The notes below the pieces were generated by a model. That model ran no database searches. It saw only the letters and a list, made by a program, of their open reading frames with translations, and was not told where the DNA came from. Below are positions 1 through 11,132 of a DNA stretch of 64,000 nucleotides, piece after piece; the first letter of the stretch is position 1, and each line of letters begins with the position of its first letter. Source of the stretch: an uncultured Acidimicrobiia bacterium (lineage in GTDB: Bacteria > Actinomycetota > Acidimicrobiia > Spongiisociales > UBA5794); assembly GCA_963792895.1 (NCBI GenBank), contig CAWBYA010000002.1, forward strand, positions 2,583 through 66,582, read 5' to 3'. The position numbers and the translations under genes were made by a program.

Positions 1-11
1 TCCCCGCACGC

Positions 12-1163
12 GTGGCGAGCGGCACGGACGTCGATTCCGCAGCGCCGTGCAGAGCAACGTTGGCTCGTTCCTCAGGGCGGCTGCCTCGGCCGGATGGGAC
101 CTCGCGAGCGCTCGAGCGATGCGCCCTGGGAGAACGACGACGGCTCGATCGCGGGCTCCTGCGAGAGCTTCGCGGAATCGCCGCCGGCGCCGGCGTCGGC
201 GAAACCGTCCTCATGCTGTTCCAGATGGCGCGGCACCGACTCGTACCCGACGAGTGCACCGTGGCGGCTGCCGTGGGCAGCGCCAGCGCTTCGGGCGCCA
301 CCATGCTCCTGAAGAACTCGGACAAGATCGGAGCAGACTCTCTCGTCGGCAAAGGCTTTCACCGGTTCAAGGAGATCAACGTCGTGCTGGACTGGCGAAC
401 CGACGATGGCGTGCGCATTGTCGGGGTCGCCGCAGCAGGGACGACCGGGCTCAAGATGGGCGTGAACGACGCGGGGGTCGTAGCTGCAAGCAACATCGCA
501 CGGACGACCGAGATGCGACAGCGGGATCCGGACGTGGATGATCTGCGAGCTCTGGATCGGGGCAGCTTGCTGCGGGAGGGGCTCGCTCAGCTCGATCCCG
601 CGGCGGCAGCGAGGGCGGTGGTCTCCGCGATGCTGGAGACACCGATGGCGACGAGCGGCAACGTCGAGTTCGCCGACGCGGGTCGCATGGTCGTGATCGA
701 GGGGTCCTACGAGCACCTCTCCGTCGAAACGATCCGCGATCGAGTGGTGGTTCGGTCGAACTCCTTCGTGACCCTCGAGCACCTCAACGACCCTGCGGAC
801 ACGTCCAGTGCCGCTCGGGCTCGTCGCGCTCACGAGGTGCTGCAGCCCCTGAGCGGGTCGATCACAGTCGACGACCTTCGTGCGTTGTCCCAGGACCACG
901 TCAACGGTCCCGGCGTCGACTCCATCTGCCGCCACTCCCCGGACCCGCACGACGAGACGTCGCTCTCGGCAATGGTGGCCGCTACCAACGCGAGCCATCC
1001 GGCGCACACGAGAGTCGAGATCGCACTTGGCAAGCCCTGCTGGGCCTGGCCGGGTGGCGCAGTGCTGGCGATGAGGATGGACGACCCGCCCGAAATGGTG
1101 GAGGAGAGGTTCCGCTCGGGTGCAGTGTGGAAGGCTCACTACCGGGAGGATCCCCGGACCTGA
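12..1163 (+). CDS. C45-family autoproteolytic acyltransferase/hydrolase (Ntn hydrolase); 5' end frameshifted or partial
   Basis: DECT nucleophile motif followed by LLKNSD, MGVNDAGV, RSNSF and SICRH, typical of C45/AAT; N-terminus appears to continue in the 47.. frame. Confidence 0.7.
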   Translation: MASGTDVDSAAPCRATLARSSGRLPRPDGTSRALERCALGERRRLDRGLLRELRGIAAGAGVGETVLMLFQMARHRLVPDECTVAAAVGSASASGATMLLKNSDKIGADSLVGKGFHRFKEINVVLDWRTDDGVRIVGVAAAGTTGLKMGVNDAGVVAASNIARTTEMRQRDPDVDDLRALDRGSLLREGLAQLDPAAAARAVVSAMLETPMATSGNVEFADAGRMVVIEGSYEHLSVETIRDRVVVRSNSFVTLEHLNDPADTSSAARARRAHEVLQPLSGSITVDDLRALSQDHVNGPGVDSICRHSPDPHDETSLSAMVAATNASHPAHTRVEIALGKPCWAWPGGAVLAMRMDDPPEMVEERFRSGAVWKAHYREDPRT

Positions 1164-1174
1164 GCTGGGCGTGG

Positions 1175-2347
1175 TCAGGGCTCCCAGCCGCGCTCACGGA
1201 CGGCCTCCGAGTGCTCACCGAGGATCGGTGGTGGTGTCGGTTTGCGGAGCGGCAAACCGGAGATCGGGTTCTTCACGAGCCGCAGGGGGCCCCGGACACG
1301 GTCGCTCACCGTGTCCACGATCGGTGCCGCTTCGGGCGAGGCGAAGACGGCCGACAGGTCACGCACGGGGGACACCGGAACCCTGGCCGCGGTGAGCCGC
1401 TCCACCCAATCGGCGACCGGTGCAGTACCGACGACCTCCGAGATCGTCGGGATGAGGGCGCTGCGGTTGACGACGCGGTTGGCGTTCGTGACGAATCGCT
1501 CGTCGGTCGCCAGGGCGCCTCGCCCCAGCACCTCGCACAGTCGCTGGAACAGCCGGTCGTTGGCGGCGGCGATGACGACGTAGCCGTCGGACGCGTGGAA
1601 CGCCTGATAGGGCACTATGTTGGGGTGGGCGGTTCCCATCGGCCTCGGCACGATGCCACCGAGCAGGTGGTTGGAGGCCTGATTGGCGAGGGCGGCGAGG
1701 CTGGCGTCGAACAATGGAACCGTGATCCGCTGACTGCGTCCGGTGCGGCGCCGCACCTCCAGCGCTCCGAGGATCCCGACCGTTGCGTAGAGCCCGGCGA
1801 TCACATCGAGGAGCGCAACGCCCATCTTGGCGGGCTCGCCGCTCTCGGGGCCCGTGATACTCATGAACCCTGTGAGCGCTTGCATTGCAATGTCGTAGCC
1901 GGGTTCGCGCTCTTTGGGTCCCGGTCCAAACGCAGTGACCGAGCAGTAGACCAGGTTGGAGTCGGCCAAATCTTCGTAGCCGAGGCTGAAGGATGCGAGC
2001 AGCCCGGGTCGGAAGTTCTCGACGACCACGTCGGCCTCGGCTGCGAGGCGGAACGCGAGGTTCCGGTCCGCATCATCGGCGAGATCGAGCGTGATCGACC
2101 GCTTGTTCCGGTTCACCGAGAAGTAGTAGGCGGCATCGTCACCGACGAAGGGCGGTCCCCAGTGACGCGTGTCGTCGCCCGTGTCGGGCCGCTCCACCTT
2201 GAGGACGTCGGCGCCGAGGTCGGCGAGCAGCATCGTGGCCTGCGGCCCGGCGAGGATACGCGTGAAGTCCAGCACCCGGATCCCGGCGAGCGGGACTGCT
2301 TCGGGCGAGGGGTCCACGGGCGGCGTTACATCGGCAATATCGGGCAT
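1175..2347 (-). CDS. CaiB/BaiF family III CoA-transferase
   Basis: PLAGIRVLDFTRILAGP, LADLGADVLKVE, GDDTR, NRNKRSITLDL, ENFRPG and PGYD motifs. Confidence 0.93.
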   Translation of the reverse strand: MPDIADVTPPVDPSPEAVPLAGIRVLDFTRILAGPQATMLLADLGADVLKVERPDTGDDTRHWGPPFVGDDAAYYFSVNRNKRSITLDLADDADRNLAFRLAAEADVVVENFRPGLLASFSLGYEDLADSNLVYCSVTAFGPGPKEREPGYDIAMQALTGFMSITGPESGEPAKMGVALLDVIAGLYATVGILGALEVRRRTGRSQRITVPLFDASLAALANQASNHLLGGIVPRPMGTAHPNIVPYQAFHASDGYVVIAAANDRLFQRLCEVLGRGALATDERFVTNANRVVNRSALIPTISEVVGTAPVADWVERLTAARVPVSPVRDLSAVFASPEAAPIVDTVSDRVRGPLRLVKNPISGLPLRKPTPPPILGEHSEAVRERGWEP

Positions 2348-2453
2348 CCGGCGATAGTAACGCCGCGTCTCGATGAGCCCACGTCGTCCGATCGAACGCA
2401 CCTTCCGGTAGAAGCGTCGGGCTATCGTCGGAGACCCGCCTATTAGGGAGGAC

Positions 2454-3960
2454 TTGGTGGCAGATCCGGTCACGGATGCCGGATACGACGTTGTGGTCGT
2501 GGGTGCCGGCAATGCAGGAATGTGTGCAGCGCTGTCTGCACACGAGCACGGCGCCGAGCGGATCCTCGTCATCGAGCGATCCGTCGAAGACGAGCGGGGC
2601 GGGAACAGTCGCTTCACGGCAGGCGCGTTTCGGTTCGCATACGACGGCGTCGAGGACCTCATGCGCGTCATGCCGGAACTCACGGAGGCGGAGCGGGCGA
2701 ATACCGACTTCGGCACCTACCCGGAGGAGAAGTTCTTCGAAGACATGGCCAGGGTGACGCAGTACCGCGCCGACCCGGATCTGGTCGAGGTCCTGGTGAC
2801 GAAGAGCTTGGACGTCGATCGTGTGGATGAGCGAGCAGGGCGTCGGGTTCCTGCCGGCGTACGGCCGGCAGGCGTTCAAGGTCGATGGCAAGTTCAAGTT
2901 CTGGGGCGGGCTCACAGTTGAGGCCAACGGCGGCGGGGTCGGCCTCGTCGAGTCTCTTCACCAGGTCGCGGCCAAGCGGGGCATCGACACGATCTACGAG
3001 ACGCGGGCGGTGGGTCTGGTGATGTCGGACGGTGCCGTCGCCGGCGTGGACGTGACCCGGCGCGGTCGTCCCTCGACGTGCCGCGCGAGAGCCGTCATTC
3101 TCGCCAGCGGTGGCTTCCAGGCCAACACCGAGTGGCGCACCAGGTACCTGGGGCCGGGATGGGACCTCGCCAGGGTGCGGGGGACCCGCCACAACACCGG
3201 CGACGGGATCAGGATGGCACTCGATGTCGGTGCGCTCGCGACGGGGAACTGGTCGGGCTCGCATGCCGTCGGCTGGGATTTCAACGCACCGCCCTTTGGG
3301 GACCTCAAGGTGGGTGACGGCTTCCAGAAGCACAGCTATCCGTTCGGGATCATGGTCAACTCACGGGGTGAGCGGTTCGTCGACGAGGGCGCCGATTTTC
3401 GGAACTACACGTACGCCAAGTACGGCCAGGAGATACTCCGGCAGCCGTACCAGCTCGCCTGGCAGGTCTTCGATGCCAAGGTGACGCATCTGTTGCGGGA
3501 CGAGTATCGGATCTCAGAGGTGACCAAGGTCAAGGCGGATACGTTGGAGGAGTTGGCGGAGAAGATGGAGGGCGTGGATCCCACGGGGTTCCTGGCCACC
3601 GCAGGGGCATACAACGCCGCAGTCCGCACCGATATCGCTTTCGACCCCACCATTCTCGACGGCCGTTGCACCGAAGGCCTCGCAGTGCCGAAGTCCAACT
3701 GGGCCAACCCGCTGGACACACCGCCGTACGAGGCCTACGCGACGACGTGCGGGATCACCTTCACCTTCGGCGGTCTCGGAATCGATGCCCACGCCCGGGT
3801 GCAGAGTGCCGAGGGCTGGCCCATTCCCGGGCTGTTCGCGGCGGGTGAGCTGGTCGGCGGACTCTTCTTCTTCAACTACCCAGGCGGCACCGGGCTCACG
3901 TCCGGGATGGTCTTCGGGAGGATCGCCGGGCGTTCGGCCGCGGTGGTGGCCACCGGCTGA
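2454..3960 (+). CDS. tcuA: FAD-dependent tricarballylate dehydrogenase TcuA-like protein; frameshift near 2815-2821
   Basis: VVVGAGNAG FAD motif, RGGNSRFTAG, ASGGFQAN, GITFTFGGL and NYPGGTGL; ORFs 2454-2921 and 2821-3960 join into one protein. Confidence 0.8.
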
Positions 3961-4140
3961 GGACGTGCGCCCGACTCGGAGAAAGCGGCCTCACTCTGCG
4001 GTCAGCGCAAAGAGGATCGAGCCGGGCGGGACACATGGGTCGTCGTCGCATTCGTGGAGGTGGACATCCACCGGAGGAGTGCCGGGGGTCCCGTGGAATC
4101 CGCGGTGCCGTCGTGTGGTGTATGACGCGGGAATGCCTCG

Positions 4141-4158
4141 AATTGGTATATCATACAT
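4141..4158. promoter_or_regulatory. Possible GntR/FadR-type operator or promoter
   Basis: AT-rich AATTGGTATATCATACAT with near-palindrome TGGTATATCA about 100 bp upstream of the cyclase operon. Confidence 0.35.
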
Positions 4159-4249
4159 CACCGCCGCACCGGCGGTGCGGCCGTGCGTATGGTGGGGGGG
4201 AGCGCCGCTTTGGGCGCAGTGTCGGCCGGCATCAGAGGAGGCAATCGAC

Positions 4250-5230
4250 ATGACGGAGGCGCCGGGTATCGAGGACGTGCGTCGGATCGCCGCCCAGTGC
4301 TCGAATTGGGGCCGATGGGGCGAAGACGACGAGTTGGGCACTCTGAACCTGCTCACCGAGGAGAAGGTGCTCGAGGGGCGATCCTGTATTCGGAAGGGCA
4401 AGGTGATCTCCCTTGCGATTCCCTTCGACGAGACCGGGCCGCAGCGGGGAGGATGGGGGCGGTTCAACCCGATTCACCTGATGATCCGCGATGGGAACGA
4501 CGCGATCACCGGCACGACCGTCCGAGATTTCTACGGCGGCAAGGACGGCTACGTTCGCGGCAACGACGACATCATCATCATGCCCCTGCAATGCGGCACC
4601 CAGTGGGACGCCCTTGCCCACATGGTGTTCGAGGGCAAGATAGTACAACGGCTACGACGCCACCCAGGTCAGCAGCCTCGGTGCCCTCAAGAACGACATC
4701 GCCAAGGCCGCGAGAAGCTGGTGGGGCGCGGCGTTCTGCTCGACGTCGCCCGCTGGAAGGGCAAGCCGTGGCTCGACGGGGGAGAGGCGATCTCGGGCGA
4801 CGACCTCGAAGCGTGTGCAGCCGCTCAGGGCGTCGAGGTCGGATCCGGCGACATCGTGTTGGTGCGCACCGGACGAATGGCGCAAGTCAAGGCCGAAGGC
4901 GATTGGGGCGACTACGCCGCCGGGTACTCGGCACAGGCACCCGGTCTCGGACTCGAGAGCGTCCGCTGGATCCGTGAGAAGGACCTCGCCGCGGTCGCTA
5001 CCGATACCTGGGGCGCCGAGGTGCTTCCCAACGAGACGCCCGATGTCAGCATGCCGCTCCACATCCTCCTGATCACACAGCTCGGCCTGACGGTCGGCGA
5101 GATCTTCGACCTCGAGGGGCTGGCCGACGACTGCGCCGAGGATGGCGAGTACGACTTCTTCTTTGCGGCGCCGCCACTGCCACTCACCCGGGCGGTGGGG
5201 TCGCCCATCAACCCGGTGGCGGTCAAGTAA
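4250..5230 (+). CDS. Cyclase family protein (kynurenine formamidase-like metal hydrolase); compensating frameshifts at about 4640-4710
   Basis: SNWGRWGEDDELGTLN, QCGTQWDALAH, GRGVLLDV and GSPINPVA; GAGGAGG RBS; the alternative frame gives YNGYDATQVSSLGALKNDI. Confidence 0.88.
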   Translation: MTEAPGIEDVRRIAAQCSNWGRWGEDDELGTLNLLTEEKVLEGRSCIRKGKVISLAIPFDETGPQRGGWGRFNPIHLMIRDGNDAITGTTVRDFYGGKDGYVRGNDDIIIMPLQCGTQWDALAHMVFEGKIVQRLRRHPGQQPRCPQERHRQGREKLVGRGVLLDVARWKGKPWLDGGEAISGDDLEACAAAQGVEVGSGDIVLVRTGRMAQVKAEGDWGDYAAGYSAQAPGLGLESVRWIREKDLAAVATDTWGAEVLPNETPDVSMPLHILLITQLGLTVGEIFDLEGLADDCAEDGEYDFFFAAPPLPLTRAVGSPINPVAVK

Positions 5231-5292
5231 CCGTGTGACGTGCGCGAAGCGACCCAAACGAGGCGGCACCACGGAGAACGAAAGGCAGGATC

Positions 5293-5583
5293 ATGGAGTA
5301 TGTGATCGTGGCGACGTACACGACGAAGGCGGACGCAGCGGACGAGGTGGCGGACCACTTGCGGACGATGGCTGTCAAAACCAACGAGGAGCCGGGATGC
5401 CGGTCGTACGACGTGTATCGGTCTCGCGAGGACGATGCGGTCTTCGTGCTCGTGGAGGTGTACGACGACGAGGATGCGTTCGGGGCACATGCCGCGGCGG
5501 ACCACTTCAAGGAGCACATCGTTGATGCCGTGTGGCCGCTGCTCGAGAACCGAACCGTGGTGCGAGGCAAGCTCCTGGGATGA
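5293..5583 (+). CDS. Putative quinol monooxygenase (ABM domain)
   Basis: 96 aa with EEPGCRSYDV, FVLVEVYDDEDAFGAH and HF. Confidence 0.85.
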   Translation: MEYVIVATYTTKADAADEVADHLRTMAVKTNEEPGCRSYDVYRSREDDAVFVLVEVYDDEDAFGAHAAADHFKEHIVDAVWPLLENRTVVRGKLLG

Positions 5584-6485
5584 GGGGCGCTGACGACGCT
5601 GTGGACGTCGCCGTCGTAGGTGTCGGCTCGGTCGGCGGGTACTTCGCTGCGCGGCTGGCGGGTGCGGGACATCGACTCGTCCTGTGTGCCCATCACCCGT
5701 TCGAGCGGCTCACGGTGCGATCAGGCGACGAGACGATCGAGGTAGATGCCCCGGTTCTGACCGATCCCGCCGACGTGGACGCCCGGGCTGAAGTCGTTCT
5801 GCTGGCGACGAAGGCTCACCAGATCCCGTCCGCCGCGCCCTGGCTGGCAGCGCTGTGCGGGCCCGAGACCACCGTCGCAGTTATGCAGAACGGCGTCGAG
5901 CACGAGGCCCTCGTCGCGCCGTACGCACGGGGTGCGACGATCGTCCCAACGATGGTCAAGTACGGCGGAGAGCAAGTGGCGCCCGGCGAGGTTCACCACT
6001 ACACCTACGGATTCCTCACCGTGCCGGACACGCTCGCGGGCCGCCGCGTCGCATCGTTGTTTGCAGACACCCGAGTCGAGGTGCACCTCACGGACGACTT
6101 CACGACCGTCGCCTGGCGCAAGCTGTGCACAAACGTAGTGGCCAATGCGATCCCGGCGATCACGATGCGGCGCTTCCCGGTGTTCCGGCGCGCCGACATC
6201 GCCGAGCTGGCCAGAGGCGTCGTCGCCGAGTGTGTCGGCGTCGGTCGAGCCGTCGGGGCCGACCTCGACGAGTCGATTCCCGACGATGAGGTCGCGAGGC
6301 TGGCCTCCTTGCCAGACCACGTCGGCAGCTCGATGCTGTACGACCGGCTCGCCGGCAAGCCGCTCGAGCACGAAGCGCTGAACGGGGCGGTCGTGCGGTT
6401 CGGGGTGCGCCACGGTATCCCTACACCTCTCAATGCTGCGCTCACCGCCTTGTTGGCGGCGATCAGCGAGGGGGGCGACGAGTGA
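5580..6485 (+). CDS. 2-dehydropantoate 2-reductase (ApbA/PanE family)
   Basis: GVGSVGG, LLATKAHQ, QNGVEH, WRKL, SSMLYD and EHEALNGAVV; ATGA overlap with upstream gene. Confidence 0.88.
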   Translation: MRGADDAVDVAVVGVGSVGGYFAARLAGAGHRLVLCAHHPFERLTVRSGDETIEVDAPVLTDPADVDARAEVVLLATKAHQIPSAAPWLAALCGPETTVAVMQNGVEHEALVAPYARGATIVPTMVKYGGEQVAPGEVHHYTYGFLTVPDTLAGRRVASLFADTRVEVHLTDDFTTVAWRKLCTNVVANAIPAITMRRFPVFRRADIAELARGVVAECVGVGRAVGADLDESIPDDEVARLASLPDHVGSSMLYDRLAGKPLEHEALNGAVVRFGVRHGIPTPLNAALTALLAAISEGGDE

Positions 6486-6988
6486 ACCCGACCGTTCCGT
6501 TGGTCGATCTCGACAAAGAGACGCTGGCCTACCTGCGGCGGGTCGGAGCCCCGGTGAGCAACTTGTACCGGATCCTGGGTAATCACCAGACCCTACTCAA
6601 GGCATGGGTGGATTTCGCCTGGACCCTGCGAGGCGAGGCGAAGACACCCCGTCGGCTGCGGGAGCTGATGATCCTGCGGTGCGCTCAGCTGGCCGGGAGC
6701 GACTACCAGTGGAACGACCACAGCGTCATGGCTGCCGCCGCCGGCGTCGAGGGGGCGCAGATCGATGCGCTCGACGGGTGGCCGACGGCTCCCGAGTTCG
6801 ACGACGAAGAGCGATTGCTCCTTCAGTTCACCGACGACGTCGTGGCCGGGCGTGTTGGCGATGACGTGCTCGAGGCGTTGCAGCGCAGATATCGACCCGA
6901 TGCGATCGTGGAGCTCACCATGACGGTGGCCTTCTACGTCATGGTTCCCCGCATCCTCGACGCCCTTCGGATCCCGCACGACGGGTGA
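6482..6988 (+). CDS. Carboxymuconolactone decarboxylase (AhpD-like) family protein
   Basis: LRELMILRCAQL..SDYQWNDH, FDDEER and IVELT motifs. Confidence 0.82.
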   Translation: MNPTVPLVDLDKETLAYLRRVGAPVSNLYRILGNHQTLLKAWVDFAWTLRGEAKTPRRLRELMILRCAQLAGSDYQWNDHSVMAAAAGVEGAQIDALDGWPTAPEFDDEERLLLQFTDDVVAGRVGDDVLEALQRRYRPDAIVELTMTVAFYVMVPRILDALRIPHDG

Positions 6989-7035
6989 CGGCCGGACCTG
7001 CGACACGAGATACGCGACCACAGATTGGAGGGACC

Positions 7036-8025
7036 GTGAAGGTCATCGACATGCATGTCCACTACTACCTGCCGGAGTTCGTGGAGGCCATTCGTAGCGC
7101 CGACGCATTCGACACATACATCCGCGACGATGGCCGCATCGTCGTGGTGTGGCGTGGTGGTGTCACTCTCACTGTGCCGCAGCCCCACCCGGACGTTGAC
7201 GTGCGGCTCGCGATGATGGACCAACTGGGGATCGACGTGCAGGTGCTTTCGGTGCCGTCGCCCAGCGCCTACTTCGTGGAGGGCGATGAAGCCGTCAGGG
7301 TGGCGCAGATCGTCAACGACGGTTTTGCCGGCATCGTTGGGGATCATCCCGACCGCTTCCGCGCCCTTGCCGCCCTTCCCCTGAAGAACGTGGACGATTC
7401 CATCACAGAGCTCGAGCGGTGCATCGACGAACTCGGTTTCCCCGGGGCGATGCTGCTCACGAACATCGATGGCGAGATGCTCGACTCCGAGCGGCTCGAA
7501 CCGTTCTGGGAGGCGGCGAGCGGGATGCACGCGCTCATCTACGTGCACCCGACGCTACCCACCAATACGCTTCATCTCGAGGACTACAGCCTCGCGATCG
7601 CGCTGGGCTTCTTCCAGGAGACGAATCTCGCCTTGTCCCGTCTGGTCTTCAGCGGCGTGTTCGAGCGTCACCAGGGGATCCGGTGGGTCTTCTCACATGC
7701 CGGGGGGACGATGCCGTTCATGTTCCCCCGCCTCGACAACTACTACCGCCAGTTCCCGCAGTGCCGGGAGCACATCGTGAAGCCGCCGACCGAATACCTC
7801 GCAACGCTGATGTACGACACGGCAACTACGCACGTTCCTGCGTTGCGGTGCGCCATCGAGACGTACGGCGTCGATCGCCTCGTGTACGGGAGTGACTATC
7901 CGCACATCCCAGGCGGGAGCGGCCCCTACATTCAGGCGGTCGAGGACCTCGCACTGGCCGACGACGAACGGGCTGAGGTGTTCGGAGGACGCGCACAGCG
8001 CCTCCTCGAGGGCGGTTACGCCTGA
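7036..8025 (+). CDS. Amidohydrolase_2 family protein (ACMSD/aromatic decarboxylase-like)
   Basis: IDMHVH, YVHP, SHAGG, YDT and YGSDYPH. Confidence 0.88.
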   Translation: MKVIDMHVHYYLPEFVEAIRSADAFDTYIRDDGRIVVVWRGGVTLTVPQPHPDVDVRLAMMDQLGIDVQVLSVPSPSAYFVEGDEAVRVAQIVNDGFAGIVGDHPDRFRALAALPLKNVDDSITELERCIDELGFPGAMLLTNIDGEMLDSERLEPFWEAASGMHALIYVHPTLPTNTLHLEDYSLAIALGFFQETNLALSRLVFSGVFERHQGIRWVFSHAGGTMPFMFPRLDNYYRQFPQCREHIVKPPTEYLATLMYDTATTHVPALRCAIETYGVDRLVYGSDYPHIPGGSGPYIQAVEDLALADDERAEVFGGRAQRLLEGGYA

Positions 8026-8249
8026 GCCGCGCCGGCGCTGCCTCTCGGCGGGCTTGAAGCGGCTGGCGGCCGCGGCATCGCCTCGCCGTGCTCGACATCG
8101 GACGCGGAGGACGGGAGCCTGGCTGAGGCGGATGAGTCGAGACGTCGCAGGGTCGCCGTGCGCTCGTTGCCTCCGGAGTGAAGGACATCGGTGCGCAACC
8201 CGGAATCTCGGCCGGCGAAGCTCGCGTCTCGGTCTTGGGCGTCTGAAGG

Positions 8250-10524
8250 TCAGCCTCGGCCGTATCGGACCAGCCGCTCTCGGGCAATGGGAAGGCGATC
8301 CACCGCGTGCTCGCCGGCCTCTCCGAGAGCGTCGGCGACGGCGTTGGCGATGGCAGCGCTGGCTCCGATGACGCCCGCTTCGCCGGCGCCCTTGGCCCCA
8401 ATGGGGTTGTGCTCCGTCGGCCCCGACTCGAAGATGACGGCGGATATCGGCGGCACGTCCCCGATGTTGGGAACGATGTATTGCATCAGCGTGGAGGCCT
8501 GCGGCTGACCCCACTCGTCGTACGGGAGAGCTTCGTGGAGCGCTGCCCCGACTCCCATCGCGGTCGCTCCGACCAGCTGCCCGACGACCGACTCCCGGTC
8601 AATCACATGCCCGCAGTCGTATCCCACCACCATCCGTTCCACCCGGACGTCGCCCGTGGTGTCATCGACGCGAACCATGGCGAGGTGCGCCCCGAACCCG
8701 TAGGTAGGGCGCGCCATGACGTGGCGGCCCAACACCCGAAGCGGGGCAAGGTCCTTCCAGGCGAGCTCGTCGTCTCCGGCGATGAATCCCTCTGCGGTGT
8801 GGGTGACATGCGCCGGAGTCGTCTCCAGCATCGTCGCCGCTCGGGCGGCGGCCTCCTGGACCAGGCGCGAGACGGCGTCCACGATCGCGTTCGACACGAA
8901 GACCGTCGTGCGGCTGGCGAAGGTCGCCCCGGCCACCGTCGTGGGCCCGGCTGTCGCCGCTGAGAACGTCGACGAGATCCGGCGGCACTCCCAGGGCTGC
9001 GGCGAGCACGCGGCGCGCCATCACGTCGAGGCCCTGACCGACATCGGTGGCGGAGGTCCCCAACAGGAAACGGCCTTCCGGTGTCAACTCCAGCTCGAGG
9101 GTCTCCTCTTCGCCGAGGCCGGAATGCGTGACGAAGACCCCCCAACCGAGCCCAACCCGTTCCCCTGCCGAGCGGCGTTGCTCTCGCTCCTGTGTCCAGT
9201 TGGCGTAGCCGAGTCTGCGGCAGAGGTCGTCGAGCATCATTGGGTAGTCGCCGCCGTCGAAGATCGGGTCGTGGTCGCCGCGTCCGAGGCGCTGCCGGTG
9301 CGGGATCTCGACGGGACGGACGAGGTTGCGGCGACGCAGTTCCAGCGGGTCCATCCCGAGCCTTGCGGCAGCCATGTCGATCATCCGCTCTCGCACGAAG
9401 GCGGTCTCGCCCGCCGCCGGGCCACGAACCGTGCCGACCGGCGTCCGCGTCGTGGCGACGCCGTGGCACCGTAGGTCGAGGCCCGCCCACCGGTACGGAC
9501 CGGGCAACGTCTCGACGATGATCTCCGCAACCCTGGCGCCGATGGGTCGCGGGATAGGCGCCGACGTCGTAGCGCACGTCATCGTGGAGGCTCGAGGAAG
9601 CGACCGCCACCGGAGACGACGATGCGGGCGCGATGATGTTGCTCGCCGGCGTGGTTGATGGCGACGAGGTGGTCGCGGCGCCGCTCGTTCCACCGGACAG
9701 GGCGTCCTGTGACCCTGGCAGCCCACGGAACGAGGAAGTCCTCCGGGTAGAGCTCGCCGCGCACACCGAACATCCCGCCGACATCCACTCGGTGGCAGAT
9801 CACCGACGAGGGTGGGATGCCGAAGAAGGCGGCCACGCTGGACCGGGTGAATTGGACGAACTTCGTCGGGCCCCACAGATCCAGTACGCCGTCACGCCAC
9901 TGTGGCGACGATGCCGCGCGGCTCGATCGGCAGCCCGGTGTGGCGCCCGGTGGTGAACGTCGCCTCGATGATCACACAGTCGCTTTCGGCGTCGACCTCG
10001 CCGAAGACGGCGGCGATCTCGGAGAGCACGTTGTTGCGTCCGTCGTCCCAGATCGGCGCAGGTTCGTCGGCGGTGACATCGGAGACTGCCGGCAGAGGAT
10101 CGATGTCGGCGAAGCACCAGGTTGGCGGCCTCCTCAGCGAGGGCAGGACTGTCGGCCACCACGACGGCAACCGGCTCCCCGACGTAGCGCACCTCGTCGG
10201 TCGCGATGACCGGTTGGAGCCTGCCCGCCATCTCGTCGGTCTGGAACTTGCGAATCGGGATGGTGGGCACGACATCGAGGTCGCTCGCCGTCAGCACGGC
10301 GTGGACGCCTGGCATCGAATGGGCTTCATCGGTGTCGATTGCCGTTCAGCGTGCCGTGGGCGAAGACACTGCGCACGACGCTCATCGCCAGCTCGCCCGG
10401 CCGGTCGCACGTCACCGACATAGCCGCCAAGGCCGCGAACGAACCGCTCCGGCGACGTCATCGTGGCTGCTTGGATCTCGCGGATCGATGACGGTGAAGG
10501 GCTTGGCGCCGGTCGCTCAGTCAT
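8250..10524 (-). CDS. Xanthine dehydrogenase/CoxL-family molybdopterin-binding large subunit, broken by several frameshifts
   Basis: Fragments: RFVRGLGGYVGDV, VRYVGEPVAVVVA, PIEPRG, VGGMFGVRG, ELRRRNL, DVGQG, YDCG, GAKGAGEAG and AIANAVADAL. Confidence 0.85.
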
Positions 10525-10833
10525 TGTAGGGACCACCCCGGCGACGGTCGTCGGGGGCGAGGAGCCAGGCAACCACTCCACATGTGGCCGCGTCCGTCGC
10601 CACCCGGTGGCGGCCACGCCAGACATCGTGACGAGGTCGGCGAGGACGGAGGTGCGTTCGGTTTCCCTTTGCTCGACACCGGCCGGCGGGCCCCTCTTGC
10701 CGGGCAGAACGGTGTGGGCGACTGCTTTGCTCGCCGTTCGCGCTCATCGGTTGCTGACACCTCCGTGCGGCGGTATACACTACACCAAGCGCCACGAGCC
10801 ACCGCTCGACCGACGACCGGGGAGGTCACCGCC

Positions 10834-11090
10834 TTGCACGTTGTGCGCTGGAAGACCGCTGAGCCCTATGTGCCGGCGGGGCACGAAGGAGTCGTCAACC
10901 GTCTCCTCGCGGGGAAGGCCGAGGGAGGAGTCGAAGCCGTCAGCATTTGGCACGGGACCCTGGAACCGGGTGGCTTCGCCGAGCCTCACGTCCACGAGCG
11001 CTCCATCCAAATCTACGTTGGGTTGTCCGGACGGATGGATGTAGAGACCCCTACAGGGGCAGTCAGCATCGACCGCGGCGACGCGGTCGG
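10834..11090 (+). pseudogene. Cupin domain protein, C-terminally truncated
   Basis: GGAGGT RBS; PGGFAEPHVHERSIQIYVGLSG cupin motif 1; motif 2 breaks off after GDAV. Confidence 0.6.
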
Positions 11091-11132
11091 GTCCGACGCC
11101 GGCACCGGACCTCGGCGTTCTGAGCGACTCGG

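Noticed and set aside
8250-10524. Aerobic CO dehydrogenase CoxL
   Set aside because: Lacks the AYxCSFR loop and adjacent coxM/coxS.
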